Below, in pieces: positions 9,945 to 19,576 of a stretch of 64,000 nucleotides of DNA (positions within the stretch are counted from its first letter, which is position 1; the number at the start of each line of letters is the position of its first letter). The DNA is from an uncultured archaeon. GTDB lineage: Archaea > Asgardarchaeota > Lokiarchaeia > Sigyniarchaeales > SOKP01. The notes below the pieces were generated by a model, which saw nothing but the letters and a program-made list of their open reading frames with translations, did not search any database and was not told where the DNA came from. The position numbers and the translations under genes were made by a program. The stretch lies in NCBI GenBank assembly GCA_964493715.1, contig CAZBPC010000004.1, positions 40,563-104,562 on the forward strand. The letters run 5' to 3'.

Positions 9945-11129
9945 CTAATTTAAAAGATTTTTAATTCTTTCGATAGCTTCTTTTATCCTTTCGATTGGTT
10001 GTGTTAGAGCAAACCGCACGTATCCTTCTCCGTATTTACCAAAACCAACACCAGGAGTTATAATTACACCTTTATTAATGAGTTTCTTTACGAATTCCAT
10101 GCTATTTACCTCGTTTTTTGGAAGACGGGTCCATACATAAAATGTGGCTTTAGGTTTTTCAGTCTTCCATCCAATTTGATTTAATCCATCCACTAAAACA
10201 TCACGTCTTTGTTGATAAATTTTTACGTTTCTTTCAACAATTTCTGGTTTTTTGCTTGATTTATAATCATTCAAACCTCTTATAATTGCTTTTTGAATAA
10301 AGATGGGACATCCCGAATCTATTTGAGATTTAACCTTTCGTATTCCATTGATTATTCTTTCATTACCAACCGCCCAAGCGCAACGAAATCCGGTACAATT
10401 GAACATTTTAGATGCACTATTAATTTCCACATGGTCTTTATTGATTTGTAGTAATGAAGGAGCAATGTAATCATCATAAGTAAATTCTGAGTAAGGGTTG
10501 TCATAGACAATAAAAAATCCATAATCTTCAGCATAATCTACTGCTTTTTTCAGAAAAGATTCTGGGGCAATTGCGCCTGTTGGATTATTTGGGTAATTCA
10601 AGTACATCATCTTAGCTTTTTTAAGTATTTTGGTATCAATAATTTCAAAGTCGGGTAAAAAATCCTTCTCTTCATTCAAAGGCATCAAATAGGGGCGCCC
10701 ATCACATAATTTTGTTGCTCCATTTTCATATACGGGGTATCCTGGAGTTGGGACTAACACGGTATCTTTGGGATTTACAAATGCTCGAGCTATATTTGCA
10801 ATACCTTCTTTACCTCCTATTAAACCAGTAATCTCATTTTCAGAATTGAAATTAAGATTAAATCTTACTTCATACCATTTCTGAATCGCCTCTCTAAAAT
10901 CTGTTTCTCCCATGCTGGAGGGATAATTCTGATTTGGTTGAACTTTTACTTGCTTTATTAACTCATCCACAATCACCGTGGGAGTTTCTAAATCAGGATC
11001 TCCAATCCCTAATGAAATTAGATCAACTCCTTGCTTCTTTTTAATTATTTTTAATTGTTCAATTTCAGCAAAAATATATTGAGGTAAAGCATTAATTCTT
11101 TCGGCATATTCAATTTTCATGAGATCCAC
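9945..11129 (-). CDS. dapL: LL-diaminopimelate aminotransferase-like class I/II PLP aminotransferase
   Basis: LGIGDPD, GGKEGIA, LNYPNNPTG, DNPYSE, SASKMFNCTGFR (PLP lysine), PGVGFGKYGEGYVRFAL. Confidence 0.8.
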   Translation of the reverse strand: MDLMKIEYAERINALPQYIFAEIEQLKIIKKKQGVDLISLGIGDPDLETPTVIVDELIKQVKVQPNQNYPSSMGETDFREAIQKWYEVRFNLNFNSENEITGLIGGKEGIANIARAFVNPKDTVLVPTPGYPVYENGATKLCDGRPYLMPLNEEKDFLPDFEIIDTKILKKAKMMYLNYPNNPTGAIAPESFLKKAVDYAEDYGFFIVYDNPYSEFTYDDYIAPSLLQINKDHVEINSASKMFNCTGFRCAWAVGNERIINGIRKVKSQIDSGCPIFIQKAIIRGLNDYKSSKKPEIVERNVKIYQQRRDVLVDGLNQIGWKTEKPKATFYVWTRLPKNEVNSMEFVKKLINKGVIITPGVGFGKYGEGYVRFALTQPIERIKEAIERIKNLLN

Positions 11130-11290
11130 AAAATTTTGAGTTTTTTTAGTTTATCAATTCCTTTATTGTATAAATTGAATTAATTACGAATAAAGCTATA
11201 AGCAAGTAATTAAAATTCTAATTATGAATAATTAATTATAAAAATTTTGAATAAATATATATTTCATATCTGCTAAATGATTGATGTAAA

Positions 11291-11707
11291 ATGGGTCGTA
11301 ATACACAAACGAGGTTTATTAAAGATCCTCCAAATAACTTTTATTTCCATCCTTTTAAGGATGAAACATCAATGATTAAATTAACTCTTGCAGAATTTGA
11401 AGCAATGAGATTAAAACATTATCTTAATCTTTCTCAACAATCTTCCGCTTCAAAAATGGGCGTTTCACAACCGACATTTTCTCGGATCCTAGAAATTGCA
11501 CATAAAAAAATGACTCGAGCTTTAATAGAGGGGAAAAAAATAACTATTTATGGGGGTAACGTAGATTATAAAAAAAGTTTCATAGGTTTTGGCTGTTTGA
11601 ATTGTAATCATGAATGGGAAGATGAAACTGCTTTCAGGAATAAAAAAGGAAATTGCATAAAATGCAATTCTGATAAAATATACTATCTGGTACGAGAACC
11701 TCTCTAA
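11291..11707 (+). CDS. DUF134-family HTH DNA-binding protein with C-terminal Zn ribbon
   Basis: EFEAMRLKH...QQSSASKMGVSQPTFSRIL..AHKK...ALIEGK; CLNC...CIKC. Confidence 0.85.
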   Translation: MGRNTQTRFIKDPPNNFYFHPFKDETSMIKLTLAEFEAMRLKHYLNLSQQSSASKMGVSQPTFSRILEIAHKKMTRALIEGKKITIYGGNVDYKKSFIGFGCLNCNHEWEDETAFRNKKGNCIKCNSDKIYYLVREPL

Positions 11708-11802
11708 AATTTGAAAATTTAACTTTTTGATAATCTAATTATACATTAGGATTATTTATTTAATTATTATACTACATTAAGACACGTAAAATTAATGATG
11801 AT

Positions 11803-12924
11803 ATGAAATTTATGACAGAAACTCAAGCTAAAATATGGTACAAAGTAGCTAGAACAATAGTAAAAGCAGGTCAAATGCCAATTCCAATTAGCGAATCTTT
11901 AATCGAGTTGATTCAGAACATCATAACGGAAGAACAAGCTCAATTTATTTCATCAGTTTTTAAAAAACCCTCTTTAAACATTAATCAAATCAAATCAAAC
12001 TCAACCTTAAATGGTACTCAATTAACTCAAATGTTAAATGAACTCATGGATAATGGGGTTATTGTTGGTCTTCCAAGCAGAAGAACTGGTATCATGGTGT
12101 ATAGACTTCTTGGACCATTTCCAGGAATGTTCGAATATACTAATCTTAAAGGTGAAACTGACGATAAACATAAAAAATTAGCTCGTCTCTTTGAAAGAAT
12201 TTTTGTTGAAATGCGAGAAGGAACTCAAAATAATTATGATACTATTGTGGAACAATTTGAAAAATTCCCTCCTATCGTAAGAATAGTCCCCGTCGAAGAA
12301 GAAATTGAAGAGATCCCAGTTGATAAGGTCATGCCACATGAAGAAGTATCAAAAATCGTTGAAAAGTATGATGATATTGCTCTTGCTCACTGTTATTGTC
12401 GCCATTCACGTGATTTGTTAGATGAACCCTGTAAAGTTACGAATGAAAGACAGAATTGCTTTCTCTTAGGAAAAAGTGCCCAGTTTGCAATAGAACACAA
12501 ATTTGCTAATCCAATATCAAAAGAAAAGGCAAAAGATATTATCAAAAAGGCTTCTGATGAGGGTTTGGTACACAAAGCATTTCATGTTCATCTAAATACT
12601 GATTTAGATGAAGAAGCTATCTGTAATTGCTGCTCATGTTGCTGTGGAATATTCCAATTATATTCTAGTGGTGTTATGCCATATCATTGTTATACTAATT
12701 ATTTAGCAGAAGTTGATGAGGAGAATTGCATAGGATGTGGTACTTGTGTTGAAATTTGTCCAATGCATACTATTGACTTGGTTGATGTTACAGCAATTGT
12801 AAATGAATCAAAGTGTATTGGATGTGGTTTATGCGCTCATCATTGCCTAGAAGAAGCAATTGAATTGAAGAGAATAGAAAATCGTGAAGTATTTATTCCA
12901 CCTCCTAAGATAACAGTTGATTAA
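11803..12924 (+). CDS. 4Fe-4S dicluster protein with N-terminal wHTH and Cys-rich CNCCxCCC domain (paralog 1)
   Basis: CYCR...C...GLVH...AICNCCSCCCG; two CxxCxxCxxxC ferredoxin motifs. Confidence 0.85.
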   Translation: MKFMTETQAKIWYKVARTIVKAGQMPIPISESLIELIQNIITEEQAQFISSVFKKPSLNINQIKSNSTLNGTQLTQMLNELMDNGVIVGLPSRRTGIMVYRLLGPFPGMFEYTNLKGETDDKHKKLARLFERIFVEMREGTQNNYDTIVEQFEKFPPIVRIVPVEEEIEEIPVDKVMPHEEVSKIVEKYDDIALAHCYCRHSRDLLDEPCKVTNERQNCFLLGKSAQFAIEHKFANPISKEKAKDIIKKASDEGLVHKAFHVHLNTDLDEEAICNCCSCCCGIFQLYSSGVMPYHCYTNYLAEVDEENCIGCGTCVEICPMHTIDLVDVTAIVNESKCIGCGLCAHHCLEEAIELKRIENREVFIPPPKITVD

Positions 12925-12945
12925 TATAAGAGAGTTGCCTTTATC

Positions 12946-14046
12946 ATGCCCAAAAATATTTGGTATGCATTAGCAAGAAAAATTCTTAATGCGGGAGGAC
13001 CTCCCGTACCAATAAATGAGAATCTTATAGATTTATTGAAATTGTTAATCAATGAGGACCAAGTCAAATTCTTGTTAAATTTTAGAAGACCTCTTAATTT
13101 TGAACAAATTCAAGAAAAAACAGGTATTGAGGAAGAACCATTAAAAGAAATATTAGAAACTCTAATGAATGTTGGTCTTCTAACGGGAATCCCTAGTCGA
13201 ACGACAAGAATAATGGTGTATAGACTTGTAGCGTTCTTACCTGGTCTGTTAGAATTTACTCTAATGAAAGGAGAATCAGGACCTAAACAGAAAAAGATCG
13301 CAAGAATATGGGAGCAAATTTTCCAAGATGCAACTGAAATGACTCAAAATAATTATGATATTGTAGTAAAAGCTTTTAAAAATGCTCCCGCTATAGATCA
13401 TGTAATTCCAATAGGTGAGGAAATTGAAGTTTCTGAAGATACGATTATACCGAATAAGGATATTGAAAAAATACTGGATAAGTTTGAAATTTTTAGTGTT
13501 TCATATTGTTATTGTCGTTATAGAAAATATTTATTAGAAGATCCATGTAAAGTCAATGCTCCAATACAAAATTGCTTAAGTTTTGGCAGAACTGCTAGAT
13601 TTGCCATAGATCACGAATTTGCAAAAGAAATATCAAGAGATGAAAGTCTAACACTCTTGAAAGAAGCAGAAAAACTAGGACTTGTTCATAAAGCATTTCA
13701 TATCAATGGCGATCCAAATTTAGAAGAACTAGCTATTTGTAACTGTTGCCAATGTTGTTGTGGTAGCTTTGGAAACTTCTATCGGGGTGCAGCACCCACA
13801 TCTACCATGAGTTCTTATGTAGCATTTATAGACGAAAAATCATGTATCGCTTGTGGAACATGTCACGATGTTTGTCCGATGGGTGCACCAACATTAGAGG
13901 GTGAATGTTATATTATAGGTATTGATAAATGTTTAGGATGTGGTGTGTGCATCAATAGGTGTTCCGAACAAGCGATTAAGCTGCAGAAAACAGAACTCCA
14001 TAGAGTTTTCATACCCCCCAAGAAAATTCCAATTCATTCAGAATAA
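12946..14046 (+). CDS. 4Fe-4S dicluster protein (paralog 2)
   Basis: Same architecture: CYCR, GLVHKAFH, AICNCCQCCCG, CIACGTCHDVCP, CLGCGVCINRC. Confidence 0.85.
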   Translation: MPKNIWYALARKILNAGGPPVPINENLIDLLKLLINEDQVKFLLNFRRPLNFEQIQEKTGIEEEPLKEILETLMNVGLLTGIPSRTTRIMVYRLVAFLPGLLEFTLMKGESGPKQKKIARIWEQIFQDATEMTQNNYDIVVKAFKNAPAIDHVIPIGEEIEVSEDTIIPNKDIEKILDKFEIFSVSYCYCRYRKYLLEDPCKVNAPIQNCLSFGRTARFAIDHEFAKEISRDESLTLLKEAEKLGLVHKAFHINGDPNLEELAICNCCQCCCGSFGNFYRGAAPTSTMSSYVAFIDEKSCIACGTCHDVCPMGAPTLEGECYIIGIDKCLGCGVCINRCSEQAIKLQKTELHRVFIPPKKIPIHSE

Positions 14047-14076
14047 ATCTAAAATCTAATTTTCAATGATCTAAAA

Positions 14077-14514
14077 TCATGAAAGATTTTTGGAAAAAAA
14101 ATCAACCACATTGAGTAATCTATTTGTGTTAAGTTCCATTGCTAGCCTTACGCACTCTACGCTAACAATTGAAGCTTTATCCGATTCTCTAAAAATCTCG
14201 TGTTGAAAGGTAATAGATGAGGTCCCAATTTTTTTTATTTGGGTATTTATAATTACATAATCCCCAAACTTTGCTGAACCTTGGTAGGTTATATCCACTT
14301 TTTTAACTCCAAAAACTGTCCCTTCATGGACAGTATCCTCTATCCTTTTTGGAGATAAAAGACTATTCATAAAACTAACAAATCCATCATCAAAATAAAT
14401 CATGTAATTTTTAAAATGGACAACTCCCATCATGTCAGTATCATTGAATCTTACTTTTATTTTACAATTATCCCTATGATTTAAGATTCTGGCTTTCATA
14501 TCGCTAATCGACAT
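14077..14514 (-). CDS. Acyl-CoA thioesterase, hot-dog fold (4HBT/YbgC family)
   Basis: VRFNDTDMMGVVHFKNYMIYFD motif. Confidence 0.85.
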   Translation of the reverse strand: MSISDMKARILNHRDNCKIKVRFNDTDMMGVVHFKNYMIYFDDGFVSFMNSLLSPKRIEDTVHEGTVFGVKKVDITYQGSAKFGDYVIINTQIKKIGTSSITFQHEIFRESDKASIVSVECVRLAMELNTNRLLNVVDFFSKNLS

Positions 14515-14620
14515 AAAAATCTCTTTTTTTTTTAAAATTTCCTATAATGAAATGCTTTTAATTATTTAACATAACTATATTTTTTAGATCTATGAATTTT
14601 TAATTTGATGTGTTTTAACT

Positions 14621-15724
14621 ATGAAAAATGAAAAAATATTAGAAATCATCAAAAAATTAGCTGAAAAAAGAGCACCTTCAGGTATAGAGAAAGCTCGTGG
14701 AGAAGTCTTTAAACAAGAAATGGATATGATTATTGGCAATAAGGATATTTCGATAAAGGAGGATGCTTTATGCAATTTCTACGTGAAATTTGATGGTCAA
14801 AATGCGAAAAAATCAATAGGAATTTATGCTCATATTGATGAAATTGGAGGAACAATCCGTAAAATAAATAAAAGCGGTTGTTTAGAATTCTCCATGAGAG
14901 GTGGATATGAAACGCGTTGGTTGATATCAAGAAAAGTACAGATTCTGAACAAGGAAAGAAAGTGGATAAATGGCGTCATTGAAGGTAGATCAACTCATTC
15001 GACTCCTCCAGCTTTAAGAAATTCAGAAAAATTAGAAATACATGAACAAAAGATATACATCGGTGCTAAGAATAAAGAAGAAGTAATTAAACTTTATAGC
15101 ATTCATGTAGGTGCACCATTCGTATTTTTTGGGACCTTTGGGCTACTAAATCCTTCAATTAATGATGATATAATCGCGGGATATTCATTGGACAATTTAG
15201 TTGCTGTCACATCATTATTTGTATTGACTGAAAAGATTGTAAATAATCTATTAGATGAATCCGGTGTTTTGAATAAAAATTATAATCTATACATCGTTGC
15301 CACATCAAGAGAAGAAATAGGAACGGAAGGTGCGTTATTCTTTTCACGCAATAATGCTATTGATCAGGTGATTGCTATGGATATTGGATTAGTAGCTGAT
15401 TTCTCTGGTAGTGTGAATTCTGGTATCACATTAACTGGGGGACCTGTTATTATTTGGCAGGAACAACATGGGGCTGGAGTTTTTGATTACGATTTATGTA
15501 GAGAATTTGCACGAGTAGCTGATGAGAATGAAATTCCGTACCAAAATGGAGTTTGTGAATATTACGGATCTGATGCTGGTAAAGCACAGAAATGGCTTGG
15601 GATTCCCTCCGTATTAATTGGAATCCCTGTAATGTATTCTCATAATGTGCCAGAAATTGGAACATTAAGTGGAATTCAAGAGGGAGCAGAATTGGTTTAT
15701 CGTTATCTAAAAAATCATGATTAA
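14621..15724 (+). CDS. M42-family metallopeptidase (TET-like aminopeptidase)
   Basis: AHIDEIG, LDN, REEIG, MDIG, YSH metal ligands. Confidence 0.85.
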   Translation: MKNEKILEIIKKLAEKRAPSGIEKARGEVFKQEMDMIIGNKDISIKEDALCNFYVKFDGQNAKKSIGIYAHIDEIGGTIRKINKSGCLEFSMRGGYETRWLISRKVQILNKERKWINGVIEGRSTHSTPPALRNSEKLEIHEQKIYIGAKNKEEVIKLYSIHVGAPFVFFGTFGLLNPSINDDIIAGYSLDNLVAVTSLFVLTEKIVNNLLDESGVLNKNYNLYIVATSREEIGTEGALFFSRNNAIDQVIAMDIGLVADFSGSVNSGITLTGGPVIIWQEQHGAGVFDYDLCREFARVADENEIPYQNGVCEYYGSDAGKAQKWLGIPSVLIGIPVMYSHNVPEIGTLSGIQEGAELVYRYLKNHD

Positions 15725-17301
15725 ATCAACGATCTTCCAGTTACACTTTTATGAGGTGTTTTATTTACCATTTTAAGTAAGGTAGGAACGATATCTGTTA
15801 TATTACAATAAGGAATTTCTACATGAGGAATTTCATCGGTTCCTCCAATAATTAGAGGAGTAACAGCACTTTCTCTTAAACCGATGTCATGACAAAATCT
15901 GCTCCCTCTTTTCTTTTTTCCGTGCTTCATATTATAAACAACTTTTCCTCGCGTGCTTAATATTATATCTGAAGATCTAGGATTTTTAAAATGTCTTGGT
16001 AGGAGATCAATATATAGCGGATAATCAAGATGGTGAGTGGCGGCTAACCATTCTTCGCTAGTATGAAATTTGTTATCTAATAATCGTGAAGCTAACTCAT
16101 CCTCGAGGTAATTAAATGGATCATGATCGGAACTTTCAAGCAAGTATTTTGTTTTATAATCCTTGCCAACCTCTTTATATTCAATTGATGCTGACGAAAC
16201 ATCAGCTGTCTGCGGATTTTTCTGACGAATTTGAATCGTGCCAGAATTTAGCGTGTTTTTCTCACCTCGATAATACATTAATTCCGTTCCTTCAATCTTG
16301 AATAATTCATTAAATAAATTCACTTTTTTTGGACCGAAACTTTCGAGTTCTTTATTTGAAGGATGATACCAACCTTTATTTTTTGAGTTTTGGGATTTAA
16401 AATTAAATAAACCCACTCCTGTAAATTCGGCTACATCAATATTACCATTGAGGTTTTTTCTGTGATGATAATGAGTCAATCCATTTCTCTCAAAGAAATT
16501 ATTAAAATTTCCAATCTTATTTGCTGAATAATTTCCATGATCTGAAGTGATTGCGATAGCTGTACTATCTAATACTCCAAGAGTCTTGAGTTCTTGAAGA
16601 AATAATCCCAACACCTTGTCAATATGATATAAATTTTTTTTATAAATAGTAGAATCAAAACCATAAAGATGCATCAAGATGTCAGATGACATAAACCATA
16701 GTAAACTAGCTACAGGACTCTCTTTTGACCCAAAATATTTCTTTGGACGTTTAAATGTTTCTAATAATTTATGAACAACTACAGTGTTTGCCCTCCAGAT
16801 ATTATATTCAACTCTTCGGGTGTGCCTTAGCAATAAATAATAAAATGCTAATTTAGTTTTCCTTTCAGGATAAAAATATGTAGCTCCACGATTGATGAAC
16901 TGAGTTATACTTGCAGTGTTGACATCTCCAACCATTTCAAGGAATGTCTGGCAATTATCTCCAATATCATCATTGATCTTATAAATCTGAATACGCTTAT
17001 CAGTGCCATATGTCATATAAGAACGTATTCTAGGTGGAGTAAAAGCGCGATCCAACCAATTCATGCTTGGGACACCATGACAAAGCTCTTTTCGAAAATC
17101 TCCAGTGTAAGTACCGGTAATCATTGATGCTTGAGTTGGATAGGTAATAGAAGGAAAATCTGTAATGCAATTTTTTGAATATATTCCATTTTCCATTAAT
17201 TTTCGAATATTCGGAAGATATCCTTTTTCAATTAGATCATAAAAATAAGAGGATCTGACATCATCTATGATGCAAAATATGATATGATTAAGCCTATTCA
17301 T
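15721..17301 (-). CDS. Alkaline phosphatase superfamily nucleotide pyrophosphatase/phosphodiesterase
   Basis: IIDD, FPSITYP (Thr nucleophile), DILMHLYG, TSDHG, C-terminal H...DIVPT. Confidence 0.85.
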   Translation of the reverse strand: MNRLNHIIFCIIDDVRSSYFYDLIEKGYLPNIRKLMENGIYSKNCITDFPSITYPTQASMITGTYTGDFRKELCHGVPSMNWLDRAFTPPRIRSYMTYGTDKRIQIYKINDDIGDNCQTFLEMVGDVNTASITQFINRGATYFYPERKTKLAFYYLLLRHTRRVEYNIWRANTVVVHKLLETFKRPKKYFGSKESPVASLLWFMSSDILMHLYGFDSTIYKKNLYHIDKVLGLFLQELKTLGVLDSTAIAITSDHGNYSANKIGNFNNFFERNGLTHYHHRKNLNGNIDVAEFTGVGLFNFKSQNSKNKGWYHPSNKELESFGPKKVNLFNELFKIEGTELMYYRGEKNTLNSGTIQIRQKNPQTADVSSASIEYKEVGKDYKTKYLLESSDHDPFNYLEDELASRLLDNKFHTSEEWLAATHHLDYPLYIDLLPRHFKNPRSSDIILSTRGKVVYNMKHGKKKRGSRFCHDIGLRESAVTPLIIGGTDEIPHVEIPYCNITDIVPTLLKMVNKTPHKSVTGRSLI

Positions 17302-17422
17302 TGTATATTTAGAAAATTTATGAGATAATAAGTCTTATTAAGAAATTTCAATATTGTCTCTGTACGAATTTGTCAATTAATTCAAAGCTCACTTTTATTA
17401 AGTATTAGATTAAGATAATATT

Positions 17423-18751
17423 ATGTCAGATAACACCACATATAATACAAGATACACACAAATCTTCATTCTTTTCTACTTTGCTGAGGGGTTGAGTCAA
17501 GGAGTTCCTTATCTTTTTTGGAAAACGTATATTTTAGATATACTGGGATCAATTGATTTAGCTCTATGGCTAATAGTTTATGCTATTGGAAATATTCCTT
17601 GGGCTATCAAGATGATAGTCGGTGTTTTTAATGATCGATGGGGATCTAAAAAACTTGGAAGACGGTTTCCCTGGGTCGTAAGTTTTGGCACTTTTGGAGG
17701 AGCGATGTGGATAATGATGGCTTTTTATTTACCCGTCTCAGACATCTATGTCTGGTTAGCTATCTATTATTTCACAACTCAATTAGGAATGGCGTTTGCT
17801 GATAGTGCTCTTGATGGAATGATCTTGGATGTTACCCCAAAGGAAAAACTCTCTAGAGTTCAAGGATACACGTGGACAATGATGTTTCTAGGATATGGTG
17901 CTGGAGGGATGTTATTAGGGCTTATATTTTTAGTATTTAACATCGTACCATTGCTATTTTTGATAACTGGTGTTTTAAATATATTAGTTTCCTTCTTGAC
18001 CTATTATGTAAAGGAACCCCCGCTTGAGGAAATTAGTACTAGAGAATGGGGTAAAGGACTGCTTACGGTAATAACTAAAAAAAGAAATTGGAAAGTGTAC
18101 ATTTATACCATTTTGGCAGGGATACAAGCAGTGGTAATCATTGATTTCTTCATGTATGTAGTATTAGTATCTATGGGTGAGTTAAGTGTTAGCCAAACCA
18201 TTCTTTCTCTTTCAGGAACTGGAGCCATTGGAGCTCAGATTTGGTTCACAATATTTTATCTCGCTAATGGGGTAGGTATTTTTATCGGGGCACCCATCGC
18301 GGGAAAATTTGGAGATAAAAATCGTAGAAAGACCGCATCAACTATATTCTTAACCTATATCCCATTTCTATTGATACTTGTAATTCCATTCCTGTTCAAT
18401 TTAGGATTTATGATTGCACTGATTCTAGGAATTATTTTATTACTATTACAAGGAGGATTGCAAAATGGTTATACTGTTGTGAATCAAACTATAAGAGGCG
18501 ATTTATCAAAGAAATACTACCCTAATTTGAAAAGCACCTATTTCGCATTATTAGTCTCCTTAGCCAATTTAGGTCAAAACATAGGTACTTTGATTGGAGC
18601 TTCTATTTTATCAATATTAGCAGCAATTAATTTGGATTTCTTCTTGATTTTCTTTGTAATTTCAGCTTTCTGTTCTTTTACATTATTTATAAGCTACGTG
18701 TTTTTTAAAAAAATTCCCAAAGAAGATTTTGAGCTTGAGCGAAACTTATGA
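17423..18751 (+). CDS. MFS transporter (AmpG/BT1-like)
   Basis: About 12 TM segments; PWAIKMIVGVFNDRWG...GRRFPW; DSALDG. Confidence 0.85.
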   Translation: MSDNTTYNTRYTQIFILFYFAEGLSQGVPYLFWKTYILDILGSIDLALWLIVYAIGNIPWAIKMIVGVFNDRWGSKKLGRRFPWVVSFGTFGGAMWIMMAFYLPVSDIYVWLAIYYFTTQLGMAFADSALDGMILDVTPKEKLSRVQGYTWTMMFLGYGAGGMLLGLIFLVFNIVPLLFLITGVLNILVSFLTYYVKEPPLEEISTREWGKGLLTVITKKRNWKVYIYTILAGIQAVVIIDFFMYVVLVSMGELSVSQTILSLSGTGAIGAQIWFTIFYLANGVGIFIGAPIAGKFGDKNRRKTASTIFLTYIPFLLILVIPFLFNLGFMIALILGIILLLLQGGLQNGYTVVNQTIRGDLSKKYYPNLKSTYFALLVSLANLGQNIGTLIGASILSILAAINLDFFLIFFVISAFCSFTLFISYVFFKKIPKEDFELERNL

Positions 18752-18838
18752 ATTAAAATCAATTTTACATTTATTTTTTTATCTTTATCTTTCTGGTTTA
18801 TATAAATACTATTATAGGAGTAGATATATAGAAAAATT

Positions 18839-18939
18839 AGCCCCCGGGGGGATTTGAACCCCCGATCTGCAGATTACAAGTTTCAGCAATTAATATAAGT
18901 TAATTAATTTCTGCTGCTATACCGCTAAGCCACGGAGGC
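18839..18939 (-). tRNA. trnT: tRNA-Thr(UGU) with 29-nt intron at position 30/31 (intron 18882-18910)
   Basis: Minus strand: acceptor GCCTCCG/CGGGGGC, D arm GCTTAGCGGTATAGC, anticodon arm GCAGA-CT TGT AA-TCTGC after intron removal, T arm GGGGG-TTCAAAT-CCCCC. BHB motif present; CCA not encoded. Confidence 0.93.
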
Positions 18940-19097
18940 ATTTATTGGTAAAATGAGGCATATTTTAATAAAATAAAGATGATATTAATTTTTAATTTTG
19001 TGATTTTTACAGCGATTAAAACTAATAGATATAATTAAAAATCAAAGTTTCTTTTTGTTAATCAAGTAATAATCATCTTTTAGGTGTTTTTCTAAAA

Positions 19098-19442
19098 ATG
19101 TTTAGTAAAGAAGACGTCGAAATACTTGCATATCAACGTTATAAATCAAATGAATCTTATGAGAAGAGTGTTTGGTATCTTGCTGATCTCTGTGTAAGAA
19201 TTAATAAAAATGTTCGAAATGGATATGACATCAAACCGCTTGAAACGGATAATGTAGTTCTTTTGATCAGGGATGATGTTAATGGGCAATTAATTGAACC
19301 AATTGAAGAAGAAATACGGGAAGTTGCTAAAATAATTTATAACGAAGCTCCTCCAAAAAGCCAATTAGACTGGTTTATTAGTGAAAAAATTCTCCTTCTG
19401 CGAGAAATCAAGAAAGCAATTGAACAAGATAGAAAACATTAA
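19098..19442 (+). CDS. Small protein with two DUF2934-like repeats
   Basis: EDVEILAYQRY...VWYLAD and EEIREVAKIIY...LDWFISEK resemble the E-I-R-x-x-A-Y...DW-x-x-AE pattern. Confidence 0.6.
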   Translation: MFSKEDVEILAYQRYKSNESYEKSVWYLADLCVRINKNVRNGYDIKPLETDNVVLLIRDDVNGQLIEPIEEEIREVAKIIYNEAPPKSQLDWFISEKILLLREIKKAIEQDRKH

Positions 19443-19576
19443 GTATGATTCTTAATGAAGCTTCTGATTTTGATTTATAATTTTAAAATCTCTTTACGTA
19501 AGAAGATTTAAATTGTACATTCCATAGATTGAATCATTAAAACATTCTAATTAAATTATAGAGAAAGAATGAACTA

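Noticed and set aside
11200-11280. AT-rich palindromes upstream of the DUF134 gene as an operator
   Set aside because: Nearly pure A/T, so such symmetry is expected by chance.
18781-19097. tRNA as integration site for a mobile element
   Set aside because: No integrase and no duplicated tRNA 3' end seen in the window.
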